A stretch of 64,000 bases of DNA, from positions 35,960,001-36,024,000 of the forward strand of contig OX597837.1 in the NCBI GenBank assembly GCA_951406725.2, written 5' to 3'. The translations under genes were made by a program, and so were the position numbers. Every line of letters starts with the position of its first letter. The stretch's first letter is position 1. Positions 25,925 through 40,070 of the stretch are shown piece after piece. The DNA is from Octopus vulgaris. Lineage: Eukaryota. Under the pieces are notes generated by a model. It was given only the letters and a program-made list of their open reading frames with translations, had not been told where the DNA came from and ran no database searches.

Positions 25925-26170
25925 CTAATGCTCCTTGCTTGCTTGTTACATGCTGGATGGGACTGGGGTCATCCCGGATTAGTGGTCCTAGAGATGTCAT
26001 CATGTGTAAAGCCAACCAGGTCCACCAGTGCTCTCCATTGCTGGCTGTCCCTTGTCTGCCCCTCTGTATCCTCCAAGGTGACATTGAGCCTCTGGAGGTC
26101 TTCCCCAATCACATCCAGCCATAGGGTGCGGGGCCTGCCGCGAGGCCTTGTTCAGCCCCTGCTACTGTGT
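25925..26170 (-). mobile_element. RTE-clade LINE 3' fragment
   Basis: Minus translation TRPRGRPRTLWLDVIGEDLQRLNVTLEDTEGQTRDSQQWRALV, the typical RTE C-terminal GRP...W...W pattern. Confidence 0.65.
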
Positions 26171-26703
26171 CGAATGAGAGTAAAGCCCTGGTAGAATGAG
26201 AGTAAAGCCCTGGTAATCAACTTAATCCCCTTGTTTGTCCCCTCTATGTTTAGCCCCTTGTGGGCAATAAAGAAATAAGAAAGAGGGAAAGAGAAAAGAG
26301 GAGAGAGAGAAGTATCCATGATGTGATTTAGGGGGAACGTAATAATCTTAGCAGAGGGATGTTCTGATGGTGAGGTTAAAGGAAGAGAGAGAGAGAGAAA
26401 GAGAGAGGAGGAAGAGAGAGATGGTGGTGGTGGTGGTAGTGATGACTGGATAGTAAAAAGTGTATTTGTTTGTAATTGAACTAAGTTTTTTTATATCACT
26501 TGTCGTATACACATAAGTGCAATATTCCGTGAAATATTCGCATTTATTTACATGACAAACTAAAGGTTGTATCCTATGTACGGGATATTTTTTTTTGTTT
26601 GTTTATGGGAAAATAAGAGTGAATATTTATTGTATGAGTGCTGTGTATTAAGTCTATAAAATTGAGCATAAAATATATAAAGTGTATATATAAAGTACAT
26701 TAA

Positions 26704-26925
26704 CCCTTTCAACACCAACCCGGCTGAAACCAGTTCTGGCTCTGTAGTACAAATGTCTTGTTTTCATAAGTTCTGACTTAAAATCTTCCACCGAACCTTA
26801 GTCACAATTTATGTTCCTAACACTAGCTGAATGATAACTAAGTTATTTTACTAAATTCTTTTTTATATTTAAAATTAATTGAAAGAAACACAGAGCATCT
26901 CAACAGAAATATGGTAACAAAAGGG
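26704..26925. mobile_element. piggyBac-type MITE (second family); near-tandem second copy at about 27050-27269
   Basis: TTAA|CCCTTT...AAAGGG|TTAA; the body is repeated about 345 bp downstream. Confidence 0.8.
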
Positions 26926-27445
26926 TTAATCTTTTTCACCCTGTAGAATTTCCACAGGTCCCATTAGTATTGATGTTGAAGATATGAAAGGTGAAGATGA
27001 CCTCAACAGCAATAAAATCATTTTCTTTCTTAAACAGCTTCTCTTAAGTATTTCATTACCAACCTGGTTGAAACCAGTTCTGGCTCTGTAGTACAAATGT
27101 CTTGTTTACAAAAGTTTTGAATTAAAATCTTCCACCAAACCTTAGTCACAATTTATGTTCCTAACACTAGCTGAATGATAACTAAGTTATTTTACTAAAT
27201 TCTTTGTTATATCTAAAATTAATTGAAAGAAACACAGAGCATCTGAAAATGAATACAGTAACGAAAGGGTTAAATAAACATCCTATTCCAATTTCTTTCC
27301 CTCTTCAATGAATAGCAGATGAGCAACTATCTTCCCACACAGACACAACACAGGCCATGCTTTCAGGTTTTTTGGATAAAGTTTTCAGAAATAAACCAAT
27401 AAGTTTACCATTAATTCCATGAAATTTTCTTCGGTCCCACTAGTG

Positions 27446-27476
<31 letters not shown>

Positions 27477-27632
27477 GTTTCAAATTTTGCCACAAGGGTA
27501 GCCATTTTGGGGGAAGGGGTGTGTTGGAAGGGATGAAAGACAGAGTAGACCTCAGCGAATTTGAACTCAGAACATTAAGACACAAAATGCTGGAAAGCTT
27601 TTAACCTGGATCACTAACAGTTTACAACCTTC

Positions 27633-27681
<49 letters not shown>

Positions 27682-28109
27682 GTTTCAAATTTTGATGCAA
27701 GACCTGCAATTTCAGGGGAGAGGATAAGTCAGTTACATCGAACCCAGTACTCAACTGGTATTTATTTTATCGACCTTGAGAGGATGAAAGGCCAAGTCAA
27801 CCTTGGCAGGATTTGAACTCAGAACGCAAAGACAGACAAAATGCTGCTAAGTGTTTTGTCTGGCATGCAAACAGTTTTGCCATCTCCCCACCTTTGTCAG
27901 TGTTAATAATAATAATAATAATAATAACAATAACAAGAGCACTCATTGAGCGCAAATCTCCACCAAGGCAACACCAACATCCTCTCAATGATTAGCCAGA
28001 GATGATTTTTAAAATGAAAATATCTAAAATAAACTCAACTGCTTTCATAAACAAGAATGCTAAAAATGAACACGACCGCTCTCAAAAATTAAGTAAAAAA
28101 CAGTAAAGA

Positions 28110-28282
28110 TAGGCGCAGGAGTGGCCGTGTGGTAAGTAGCTTGCTTACCAACCACATGGTTCTGGGATCAGTCCCACTGCGTGGCATCTTGGGCAAGTGT
28201 CTTCTGCTATAGCCCCGGGCCGACCAATGCCTTGTGAATGGATTTGGTAGACAGAAACTGAAAGAAGCCTGTCGTATATATG

Positions 28283-28313
<31 letters not shown>

Positions 28314-28520
28314 ATATGTTTGTGTGTCTGTGTTTGTCGCCTCAACATTGCTTGACAACCGATGCTGGTGTGTTTACGTCCCCGTCACTTAGTGGTTCGG
28401 CAAAAAAGACCGATAGAATAAGTACTGGGCTTACAAAGAATAAATCCCGGGGTCGATTTGCTCGACTAAAGGTGGTGCTCCAGCATGGCTGCAGTCAAAT
28501 GACTGAAACAAGTAAAAGTG
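28110..28520 (+). mobile_element. Full-length SINE family A copy nested in an older repeat (about 27930-28738)
   Basis: ggcgcaggagtggccgtgtggtaag head through to the gaaacaagtaaaag tail. The host's left part also occurs inverted at about 44880-44997. Confidence 0.85.
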
Positions 28521-28739
28521 TAGAGTTAAAGAGTAGAGTATAATAAGACAATCCAGAATCCTTGTCCAGTACCGGATCGATCCCAAAATCTAAACAGTTC
28601 ATTGCTAGTCCCAACGCTAAACATCCCTGAAAGTTTCATCAGAATCCTTCAAGCGGTTCTTGAGATATCTTGTCCATGGACAAACAAACAAACAAACACA
28701 ACTGAAAACAATACCTCTGCCTAGCGAAGGCAGTGGTAA

Positions 28740-29116
28740 TCTATATATATAAAAGTGAAGTTGTGTGAGTGTCTGTCCCCTTCGATTTAGATTCCTAACT
28801 ACTCCCACATTTTAACCAAAACCGGGTATCTTATAGTCATGATTCATATCGAGCCCTTCTGGGTATTAGCGCGCGTCTACGATTTAAAAAAAAATTTACC
28901 ATCATTTTTTCCATTTTAATGCATTTTTTCGCTATTATATAAGGGAAGTAACTCTCTAAAAATGTCTACGATGAGTCAACGATTTAAAAAAAAAATTACC
29001 ATCATTTTTTTCCATTTTTAATGCATTTGTTTGCTATTTTTTGGCTATAACTCTCTAAAAATGCTTATATAGTTATTTTCCTTACAAACCCGAGCAACGC
29101 CGGGCGATACTGCTAG
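28740..29116 (+). mobile_element. Non-autonomous Helitron
   Basis: A|TC 5' end, GC hairpin cccgagcaacgccggg (29089-29104) and CTAG|T 3' end. No TSD; internal tandem duplication. Confidence 0.8.
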
Positions 29117-29399
29117 TAAGTTATAATCCATTCTACTATAGGCACAAGGCCTGAACCTTTGCTGGAGAGCAATAGTTGATTATATTGACCCCAGTATTGA
29201 TCTGGGACTTATTTTATCGACCGTGAAAGGAAGAAAGGTAAAGTTGACCTCGCTGGAATTTGAACTCAGAACATGAAGACTTAAAATGCCGCTAAACGTT
29301 TTGCTCAGCATGCTAACGGTTCTGCCAGCTTGCCGCCTCAGGTGATTGGTGAGTCAGTTCACACTTCACTAGAGTTGTTTTAAAAGGTAAACTATCTTG

Positions 29400-30115
29400 A
29401 ATGTGTGCGTGTGAGCATGTGTGTATGGGTGTGCGAGAATGTGTGTATGGGTGTGTGAGAATGTGTATATGGGTGTGTGAGAATGTGTATATGGGTGTGT
29501 GTGAGAATGTGTGTATGAGTGTGTGAGAATGTGTGTGTGTGTGAGAATGTGTGTGTATATGTGTATGCGTGTGTGAGAATGTGTGTATGAGTGTGTGAGA
29601 ACGTGTGTGTATATGTGTATGTGTGTGAGAATGTGTGTATGAGTGTGTGAGAATGTGTATGTGTGTGTGAGAATGTGTGTATGCATGTGTGAGAATGTGT
29701 GTGTGTATATGTGTATGTGTGTGTGAGAATGTGTGTGTATATGTGTATGTGTGTGTGAGAATGTGTGTGTATATGTGTATGTGTGTGTGTGAATGTATGT
29801 ATGTGTGTGTGAGAAAGTGTGAATGTGTGTGTGTGAGAAAGTGTGTATGTGTGTGTGAGAAAGTGTGAATGTGTGTGTATGGGTGTGTGAGAATGTGTGT
29901 GTATATGTGTATGTGTGTGTGAGAATGTATGTATGTGTGTGTGAGAAAGTGTGAATGTGTGTGTGTGAGAAAGTGTGTATGTGTGTGTGAGAAAGTGTGA
30001 ATGTGTGTGTATGGGTGTGTGAGAATGTGTAAATGTGTGTGTGTGAGAGAATGTGTGTATGTGAGTGTGTATGAATGTGTGAGTGTGTCTGTATATCTGT
30101 TTGTGAATGTGTGTG
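29400..30115. repeat. Complex (GT)n / gagaatgtgt microsatellite
   Basis: Seen directly. Confidence 0.9.
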
Positions 30116-30326
30116 TTTACTAGAGACAGAGTGTGTGGGGGTGGGGTGGGGTGGACCGTAGGGGGAATGGCCTGTTTGTGTTAAAAAAAAGTTCAACAGA
30201 GACTGAATGCAGTGACGTGTCATCATTGTTTATAGATGTCTGTAGTAACAGACATCCAAGTTCAGTTGACATTGTTACATATGAATAGAAATGAGGGGTG
30301 GGAGGGGGTGAGAATATGTATATACA

Positions 30327-30372
<46 letters not shown>

Positions 30373-30499
30373 CACCAGTGAAGTCACCAAGTACCTTGCA
30401 AGATCATTCAGTTAGGGAAGTTTTGACTTGCAAGGCACTTGGTGACCTTGTTGACACTAGTGCTATGCAAAAAACACCACCCAGTACACTTGGTAAAGT

Positions 30500-31140
30500 G
30501 GTTGGCATTAGGAAGGGCCATTCAATTGTAAGAACCAGGCCAAAGCAATGATATTAGGAAGGGCCATCCGGCTGTAGAAGCCAGGCCAAAGCATTGGTGT
30601 TAGGAAGGGCCATCCGGCTGTAGAAATCAGGCCCAAATGTTGGTGTTAGGAAGCGCCATCCAATTGTAGGAACCAGGCCAAAGCAATGATATTAGGAAGG
30701 GCCATCCGGCTGTAGAAGCCAGGCCAAAGCATTGGTGTTAGGAAGGGCCATCCGGCTGTAGAAATCAGGCCCAAATGTTGGTGTTAGGAAGCGCCATTCA
30801 ATTGTAAGAACCAGGCCAAAGCAATGATATTAGGAAGGGCCATCCGGCTGTAGAAGCCAGGCCAAAGCATTGGTGTTAGGAAGGGCCATCCGGCTGTAGA
30901 AATCAGGCCCAAATGTTGGTGTTAGGAAGGGCCATTCAATTGTAAGAACCAGGCCAAAGCAATGATATTAGGAAGGGCCATCCGGCTGTAGAAGCCAGGC
31001 CAAAGCATTGGTGTTAGGAAGGGCCATCCGGCTGTAGAAATCAGGCCAAAGTGCTGGTGTTAGGAAGGGCCATCCAATTGTAGGAACCAGGCCAAAGTGC
31101 TGGTGTTAGCAAGGGCCATCCAGCTGAAGAAACCAGGTCA
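30500..31140 (+). repeat. 46-bp SINE-derived minisatellite with a 138-bp (3-unit) higher-order period
   Basis: atattaggaaggg occurs at 30551, 30689, 30827 and 30965. The unit derives from the ggcattaggaagggcatccagctgtagaa SINE motif. Confidence 0.85.
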
Positions 31141-31548
31141 AAGCAGGTAGTATAGCCCAATGCAAACTTCTGGCTGACCAGCTCCTCTTAAACAATCCAA
31201 TCCATGCCAGCATAGAAAACAGGCATTAGACACCCTAAAAATAACTGGGGGCTGGGAACTGAGGCAGAACAGAGAAAACAAGGATTCAATAACAGAGAAA
31301 CAGAAAAGACAGCCCTGGTAGAAGTAGTTTATTTTGGTGAACCACAAGTTGATAGAGATGTAGATGCATCTGAGGGCAACAGGGTATAGAAGCCAGCAGA
31401 GTTAGAGAGGGACTGATTGTTTAGAAGGAGAGATATAATAGAGTGCCTTAGGGGTTTCCATAGAATGGGAAAGGAGGAGAGATGAAGTGGAGGGAGAGGG
31501 GGAGAGTGAGTGAGAGAAAGCAGGAGAGAGTCTACAAGTTTAGAGCTA

Positions 31549-32290
31549 TAATAATAATAATAATGAAATTATTGTATACAGTGCTCAGGTGCACCACAAC
31601 TTGTCAGAAAGTGCATATAAAGTACATGCAGTAATGTAGAAATGTCTGGAAAGTGAACATGCTTGTGTGTGTATGGAGGGGAGAAAATCAAGTGTAGTGT
31701 TGGCGAATCTCAGGAAGCATGGAAGTTTTGAAGGATGCAGTGCTCCGACAACTAACAACCGATGCCGGCAGTTTGTTCCACGCTTCAGCAACTCTCAGCG
31801 TGAAAAAATGTTTCCTGAAGTCATGGGAGCTGTGCTGTTTTCTTACTTTGTAAATATGTCCACGGGTGTTAGATGGGTGGAGTTTGAAGAGGTGCTCAGA
31901 GTTATTGTTTGTGCGATGGTTGATAATTTTATGGGTGTCTGCCAAGTCAGCTGCCAGATGTCGGAGTTTCAATGTGTCCATGCCCAGGGAAGTAAGGCGT
32001 TCAGGATATGGCAAATGCCTGATGGAGGGTATTCTTTTGGTTGCACGTCGCTGAACAGCTTCCAGACAATTGATATCCTGGGCAAGATAGGGGTTCCAGA
32101 CCGGTGATGCAAATTCCAGGTGAGGTCTTACCATAGCTATATAAAGCCGCAGATAGATAGCCGGAGAGCGGCTCACAAAGGATTCGGTGAGTGATGCCAA
32201 GACACCCTCAGCCTTCTTGACAATTTTGGCGATGTGTTGTGCCCAACGCAAATCACTGTCGACAATAACACCCAGGTCACGTTCACTTGA
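31549..32290 (-). mobile_element. 5'-truncated CR1/L2-group LINE with intact ORF2 C-terminus (31688-32251), 3' UTR and (TTA)n tail
   Basis: ERDLGVIVDSDLRW...VRPHLEFASPVWNPY...LEAVQRRATK...TRGH...FFTLRVAEAWNKLP. Confidence 0.9.
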
Positions 32291-32804
32291 AGACTTTTTG
32301 AGACTAGTGTTGTGGAGGGAGTAGGTGGACGCTGGAAAGTGTGTGGGGATGAGAGAAGAGACACAGTGAAGACCAGGTGTGTGTGTGTGTGTATGGCAGG
32401 TGAAACATGCATGTGTCTATGGTAGTGTGTGTGTGTGCGTGTCTGTGCATGTGTGTGTATGGTAGTGTGTGCATGCATGTGTATGGGTATAGCAATGAGA
32501 ACATCCATTTGTATGGCAGTGTGTATGCATACCTATGTGTGTATGGCAGTGTGCTCTTACATAAATGTGCTTGGATGGCAATATGTATGTGTGAAGGTGT
32601 TGGGGGGGGTGCATGTCGGGCAGTGTATGTGTTGAGAATTGCAGTGTAGCAGTAGTGTAGTAGTAGTAGTAGTAGTAAACATTAGCAGTGTATAGTAGTC
32701 CGGTGCATAGCAGAAAAAGCAGTATGGTGCATAGCAGAGTGGTGTGTAGAAATGAAATGTGTAAAAGTGTAGAGAGTCAAGGCGGTGTCGTTGGTGCAGG
32801 GTAG

Positions 32805-33385
32805 TATCATCACCACCACCATTACCATCACCATCGTCACCGTCATCATCATTACCATCATCATCACCATCGTTATCACCACCACAACCATTACCATCAT
32901 CATCATCACCACCACCATCATTACCATCATCATCACCATCACCTTCGTCATCACCACCACCACCACCATCATTACCATCATCATCACCACCACCACCACC
33001 ATCATTACCATCATCACCACCATCATCATCATCACCACTACCATTATTACCATCATCATCACCATCGTCATCACCACCACCATCATCATCACCATCGTTA
33101 TCACCACCACAACCATTACCATCATCATCATCATCACCACCACCATCATTACCATCATCATCACCATCACCTTCGTCATCACCACCACCACCACCATCAT
33201 TACCATCATCACCACCATCATCATCATCACCACTACCATTATTACCATCATCATCACCATCGTCATCACCACCACCATCATCATCACCATCGTTATCACC
33301 ACCACAACCATTACCATTATCATCACCACCACCACCATCGTCATCACCACCACCACCACCATCATCACCATCATCATCACCGTCA
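32805..33385. repeat. (CAT/CAC)n trinucleotide array with internal block duplications
   Basis: Seen directly; a similar (CAC)n tract lies at 34716-35210. Confidence 0.9.
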
Positions 33386-33831
33386 TGATCCTTTAACATC
33401 CATTTTCCATGCTGGCATGGATGGGTTGGACAGTTTGACCAGAGCTAGCAAGCTGGAGGAGCTGCACCAAGTTCCAGTCCGTTGTGGTATGGTCTTCTAC
33501 AGCCAGATGCCCTTCCTAATACCAACCACTTTACGGTGTGCCGTGTGCTTCTAATGTGCCACTGGCACATTTTATGTGGCACCAGCACGAGTGCTTCATA
33601 TGTGGCATTGGCACAAATGCCTCTCACATGGCACCGACACAGAACTCTTGCGGACTAATTCTCTTCACCGGGAGATGCGGCCTTAACACTTCTGCTGTGA
33701 AGGACAAGGTCTTCTTGAGTACAGCAAGGCCCCAGGTATCTCAGACCTTTGTCATCTTGTCCAAAAGGTTCATCTTTCTGAGGTTGTCCTTAGAGTGTGG
33801 TAGCCTGTGTGCTAGTGTAGTTTGTAGATAG

Positions 33832-34152
33832 GCATTCCGTCGGTTATGATGACGAGGGTTCCAGTTGATCCGATCAACTGGAACAGCCTGCTCTTGAAAT
33901 TAACGTGCAAGTGGCTGAGTACTCCACAGACATGAGTGTACCCTTAATGTAGTTCTCAGGGAGATTTCGCATGATACAGAATGTGACAACGAGTGGCCCT
34001 TTGAAACACAGGTAGAAATCATTTTTGCTAGCTGAGTGGTCTGGAGCAATGTGAAATGAAGTGTCTTGCTGAAGGACATAATGCACCACCCACCGGGAAT
34101 TGAACTCATGATCCTGTGATCGTGAGCTGAATACCTGAACCACCAAGCCACA
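33832..34152 (-). mobile_element. SINE of a further family; partial copy at 53025-53185
   Basis: Shared gacgagggttccagtt...gcaagtggctgagtactccacaga, with a tRNA-like head on the minus strand. Confidence 0.7.
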
Positions 34153-36288
34153 GTGTAATGTGAAACAGTGTACTTGCGCAGCAGTGTAGAGTTAAAGCTG
34201 TTTGGGATGTAGCAGTGTGGTCGGTGTGTGTGGCAGTGTAGGTTATAACAGTGTAGTGTGCAGTAACACTGTCACAATGTATTTCTTTACTGCTCAGAAG
34301 GGGCTAAACACAGAGGGGACAAACAAGGACAGACGAAGGGATTGAGTCGATTATATCGCTCCCCAGTGCGAAACTGGTACTTTATTTATCGACCCCGAAA
34401 GGATGAAAGGCAAAGTCGACCTCGGCGGAATTTGAACTCAGAATGTAACGACAGACGAAATACCTATTTCTTTACTACCCAGAAGGGGCTAAACATAGAG
34501 GGGACAAACAAGGACAGACGAAGGGATTGAGTCGATTATATCGCCCCCAGTGCGAAATTTGTACTTTATTTATCGACCCCGAAAGGATGAAAGGCAAAGT
34601 TGACCTCAGCGGAATTTGAACTCAGAACGTAACGACAGACGAAATACCCACTAAGCATTTCGGCCCAGCGCGCTAAAGTGTCTGCTAGCTCGTCACAATA
34701 ATCACCAAAATTCTCCTACCACCACCACCACCACCACCACGACTATCTCCACCACCACTACCACCATCACTACTACCTCACCACCACCACCACTACCACC
34801 ACCACCACGACTATCTCACACCACCACCACCACCACCACCACGACTATCTCCACCACCACTACCACCACCACTACTACCTCACCACCACCACCACCACGA
34901 CTACTACCTCACCACCACCACCACCACGACTACCTCACCACCACCACCACTACTACCTCACCACCACCACCACCACGACTACTACCTCACCACCACCACC
35001 ACCACGACTATCTCCACCACCACTACCACCATTACTACTACCTCACCACCACCACTACCACCACCGCCACCACCACTACCACCACCACTACTACCACCAC
35101 CACCACCACCACCACTACCACGACTATCTCCACCACCACTACCACCATCACTACTACCTCACCACCACCACCACCACTACCACCACCACCACCACCACCA
35201 CCACCACCCATCATTATTATATTTAGCACACTGCAATATTTGGTGAATATAGTTTAAATTTCTGATTGTATTGAGCTTATTTCCCAAAACTAAAAGAAAT
35301 TCATTCTTGTTCTTCTTCTTCTTCTTCTTGTTCTATTTTCTTTATTACTTCTGTTGTTGTTGTTGTTGTTATTGATACAATTGTTGATGTTTATCATCTT
35401 GTTGTTGTTGTTGTCAATTACAGATTAACCATAATTCCTTGCATTTGTTCCTGTTATTTTCATGTATATTTTTTTCTGTTTTTTTTTTTGTTGTATGTTG
35501 TATGTTTGTTTGTGTTGTTATTGTAATTGTGTTTTTCTGATATGTTTGTGCAGTTGTTTTTCTCTCTTGTTTTTCTTCTTGTTCTTGTTTTTTTCTCTCG
35601 CTGTGTTTCTATTACAAATTGCTCAGCTACATATGATGTTCCCTGAAGCATGAGAAACAGCTTTGAAGGGTTCCAAAATATAAAATTAAATAAAGAAAGA
35701 AAGAAAGGAAGAAAAAAGGAAAGAAAGAAAGAAAGAAGAAAAAAAAATGAAAAGAAGAAAAAAAAGAGAGAAAAATCCATCCAAAGAACTCGGCTAGATA
35801 TTGGCAGCGATCTCTTGTGAGTTGTGGTATGTGTGTGTGTGTGTGTGCATATATGTGTGTATATGTATGTGTGTATATATGTTTGTGTGTGTGTATATAT
35901 GTGTGTGTGTGTACATGTGTATGTGTGTGTATGCACATATATGTGTGAGCATGTGTGTGTGTGTGTATGTGTATATGTGCATATATGTATTTGTGTATGT
36001 GTGTGAGACAATGTGTGTGTGGGTGTATGTATCAGTTTACACACACACACACACACATCCACATATGTATATACACATAAACACATATATACATACACAC
36101 GTGTACACTGACACATACACATACATAATATACACATACATAATATACACATGCATAATATACACATGCATAATATACACATGCATATACATTCATACAC
36201 ATACACACACACATGTACATATGTGTGTGTATTTAACTATAAGTATGTATTTAAATATGTATTTAAAATATCTGATTGTATATATGTG

Positions 36289-36324
<36 letters not shown>

Positions 36325-38496
36325 GATGCAGAGTTCTGTGTGTGTGTGTGTTTGGATATACAAGCGTTTGGCTTTGTGGATGTTATTGCTCTGTACTACA
36401 GAAAAAGTATCTTCGTTGCTTTAACATCAGTTGCTCTCCTTATCGGTGTCTCTTCAGAGCTAATGGATAGATTAACAATAGCACTAGAAGGAACTAGAGA
36501 CAGTAATATGTCGGCAACAACAGCAAGAATAATAATAATAATGATAATGATAATAATAATGATAATAGTAATTTGAACATGCAACAGACAAATGGAGAAG
36601 AACTGGAAAATATTTGAAGAAATTTAATGAATAATGAAATATGTGGAGGAACGTCTTTAAAAGAAGAAATCTTTAAAAGAAGAAAGATAATTTGTTTTCT
36701 TAAATGAAAAGAAAAAAAGGAAAATTTTGTAATGTGGAAGAAGGGTAAAACATAAATATCGTATTGGAAGAAAAAAGTTGTAAAAAAAATATTCAAATGA
36801 AAATAATTGGAAGGAATGAAAAAGAAAAGATAAGATAAGATTAATATAATAAACGAAGATTATTGTCGATGTAGAATATTTTGGAAAGTGCAAGGATTTG
36901 GGGGTGGGGTGGGGTGGTTCAGGTTTGCGATGTGTATGGGACGAGGATGGTTCTTAGAGTGTGTCTTTCATCTACTTTCAAAGAGAAAACAGTTTCAAAG
37001 AATTTCATCTCATGAGTAGATTTATAACGAAATATTTTGAAGGAAAACTTTTTTAAATAATGTTTTCGAAACAAAGTTAGTTCCAGGTGTCACTTGTGGG
37101 TAACACTATTAGGATAACATTTCTTTTTTAGTTCCTACTTGTTTCAGTCGTAAGACTGCGGCCATGCTGGAGCACTGCCTTATTGGATTTTAGTTGAACA
37201 AATCAACCGCAGGAGTTTATTTTTTTTCTTGAAGCTAGGTACTTATCCTATTGGTCTCTTTTGTTGAACTGCTAAGTTATAGGGGTCATAAACACACGAA
37301 TACTGGTTGTGAAGCAGTGATGTGGGACAGACGGACACACACACACACACATATATATACCACAGGTTTCTTTGCATTTTATATCTACCAAATCCACTCA
37401 CAAGGATTTGGTTGTCTCAAGGCTATGGCAGAAGACACTTGCCCAAGAAGCTACACAGTGAGGTTGAACCCAGAATCATGTGGTTGGGAAGCACAGCCAC
37501 AACACTTTTGATTAATACTATAGCACTAAGCCCTTTTGGGTAACACTAAGCCTTTTTGGGTAACACTGAGCCCTTTTGGGTAACACTTAAGGAAAACATA
37601 TTTGAGGAACATTGTAACATTTAACATACTTGGCAATGCCTTTAGTTGACACTTTCAGTAAATACTTGTGGATAACACTGGGATAAAATAATCATTCTAA
37701 TACTCTTGGATAACATTTTGGATAAGAATTTTGGATGAGACTTTTGTATAACACTTGCAAGAAAAATTTTCAAAGAAAACTTTTAAGCAACAGATTCAAA
37801 GAAGCCATTTTCTAGACTAGAACACATTCAGAGAATGAGAAATATGTCATGCTGTCTGTCTCATTGTTACAATGTCTTTCTCATATTCAGGAAAAATTCA
37901 GTTATCATGTAACAAAAATATTGATCCAAGTTAATCACAGAAGAAGACAGGAAGAAAATTAATAACAAAAAAAAAAAATATCAAGACAAATCTTCAAGCA
38001 TTGAACTGTATCCTTGATCAAGTTTCACAACTCTGCTATCAGTTACTCCATCTATTTTAAAAGCTATTAACCCTATTATGTCTAGATTATCAAATATACT
38101 GAACAAAAATAAATATAAAATTATTGTTCTTTTTTCTTCCCTAGTTTATTTAAGGATACATATTGAAGCAAAAAAATAAAGAAAAAGAAAAAGATCAAGT
38201 TTCTTACATTCATGAAATTTTAGATAAACGTTTATGATTTTAAAAGAACTGTCAAATATTTATAATTATTTGTACGTTATGATGTCATTCAGGCGTAAAG
38301 AATTGTTTGGGCTTGTCTAAATTTTCAGTTTTGTCAAATTCGACTTCTATAGTCACAGGTTTGGATGTGTGGTGAGAAATCTGCTTTCCAGCCACATGAT
38401 TCTGGGTTCAGTCCCACTGCATGGTACCTTGGATGAGTGTCTTTCACTATAGCCTTGTAAGTGGATTTGGTAGATGGAAACTGAAAGAAGCCCAAT

Positions 38497-38658
38497 GTGC
38501 AGGAGTGGCTGTGTGGTAAGTAGCTTGCTAACCAACCACATGGTTCCGAGTTCAGTCCCACTGCGTGGCATCTTGGGCAAGTGTCTTCTGCTATAGCCCC
38601 GGGCCGACCAATGCCTTGTGAGTGGATTTCGTAGATAGAAACTGAAAGAAGCCTGTCG

Positions 38659-38695
<37 letters not shown>

Positions 38696-38895
38696 TTGTG
38701 TGTCTGTGTTTGTCCCCCTAGCATTGCTTGACAACCGATGCTGGTGTGTTTACGTCCCCGTCACTTAGTGGTTCGGCAAAAGAGACCGATAGAATAAGTA
38801 CTGGGCTTACAAAGAATAAGTTCCGGGGTCGATTTGCTCGACTAAAGACGGTGCTCCAGCATGGCCGCAGTCAAATGACTGAAACAAGTAAAAGA
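38497..38895 (+). mobile_element. SINE family A copy; inverted older copy at 37135-37500
   Basis: Full match to the family. Confidence 0.85.
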
Positions 38896-39717
38896 GAGAG
38901 TGTGTGTGTGTGTATAAATATATAGTTATGGTATATGCTGTTAAGAATGTAGTAGAGAACAGTATAAAGCCTCACCCTGTACTATTTAGTAGTAGTATTG
39001 TACCTACTTCCAGGTGTGTGTTTGGGCTTCTTTTGAGTGGGAATAGATGATTTTATTTTTTTTATGCACCCTTTTCAAGCCTAGCCAGGATCGTGAGCCC
39101 AGTCTCCCGGTTTCTGTGGCGTATGTCTTCCCCCCAGCTGGACGGGACACCAGCCCATTGCAGCGTTACTTAAAAAACAGGAAGAAAGAGTGAGAAAAAG
39201 TTGGAGCGAAAGAATACCACAGGGGTCGCCCCCCCCCCACCCTACCGGAGCCTCGTGGAGCTTTAGGTGTTTTCGCTCAATAGACACACACAGCATCTGT
39301 TCTGGTAATCGAAACCACTATCCTCCGACCGCAAGTCCACTGCCCTAACCACTGGGCCATTGCACCTCCACGAATAGATAATTACCCAATTAGATATATA
39401 TATATATATCTGTCTGTGTGTCTTTGTCTATGTGTTTGTCCCCCACCACTGCTTGACCACCATTTGAGTGTGGTCAATGCCAGTTCTGCCTGACTGGCCC
39501 TTTTGCTGGTGGTACTTAAAAAGCACCCCCTACACTCTCAGAGTGGTTGGCGTTAAGAAGGGCATCCAGCTGTAGAAACTCTGCCAGACAAGATTGGAGA
39601 CTGGTGCAGCCTTCTGGCTTTCCCAGCCCTCAGTCAAACCATCCAACCCATGCCAGCATGGAAAGCAGATGTTAAACGATGATGATGATGATAACTTAGT
39701 AGTTTAGCAAAAGAGAC

Positions 39718-40070
39718 TGGATGCAGGGGGCATGTAAAGGCTAGAGAGAGATGAAGCTGGAATGCTCTGCCGGATGTGTGATGTCAGTGTACATGTGTGA
39801 CAGTGTGGTAGTGTGTTGAGAGAAAAGTTGGTCAGAAGAGGAATTAGATGTAGCATGCAAGAGAGGAGACTGTGCTGGTTTGGTCATGTGATGTGGATTG
39901 GATGCTGACAGTTGCATACAGAAGTGCCAATCGCTTAAACTGGAAGGAACTTGTGGAAGAAGGAGATGGCAGAAGAAGACATGAAGCGCAGTATTTAAGG
40001 CTGATCTTAAGACACTGAACCTTATGAAGATGACAAAGGACCAAGATATCTGGTGCCTTGGGAAGACCCA
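39718..40070 (+). mobile_element. Degenerate RTE LINE 3' fragment
   Basis: RLERDEAGMLCRMCDVSV...LREKL...IRCSMQERRLCWFGHVM...LEGTCGR. Confidence 0.75.

Noticed and set aside
30235-30256. Perfect 9-bp hairpin gatgtctgt-agta-acagacatc
   Set aside because: Too short to be significant in 64 kb, and intrinsic terminators are not relevant here.
32557-33399. 280-aa Gly/Asp-rich ORF resembling acidic biomineral matrix proteins
   Set aside because: It is a trinucleotide array open in several frames, starts in a SINE (GAT)n tail, and has no signal peptide or splice context.
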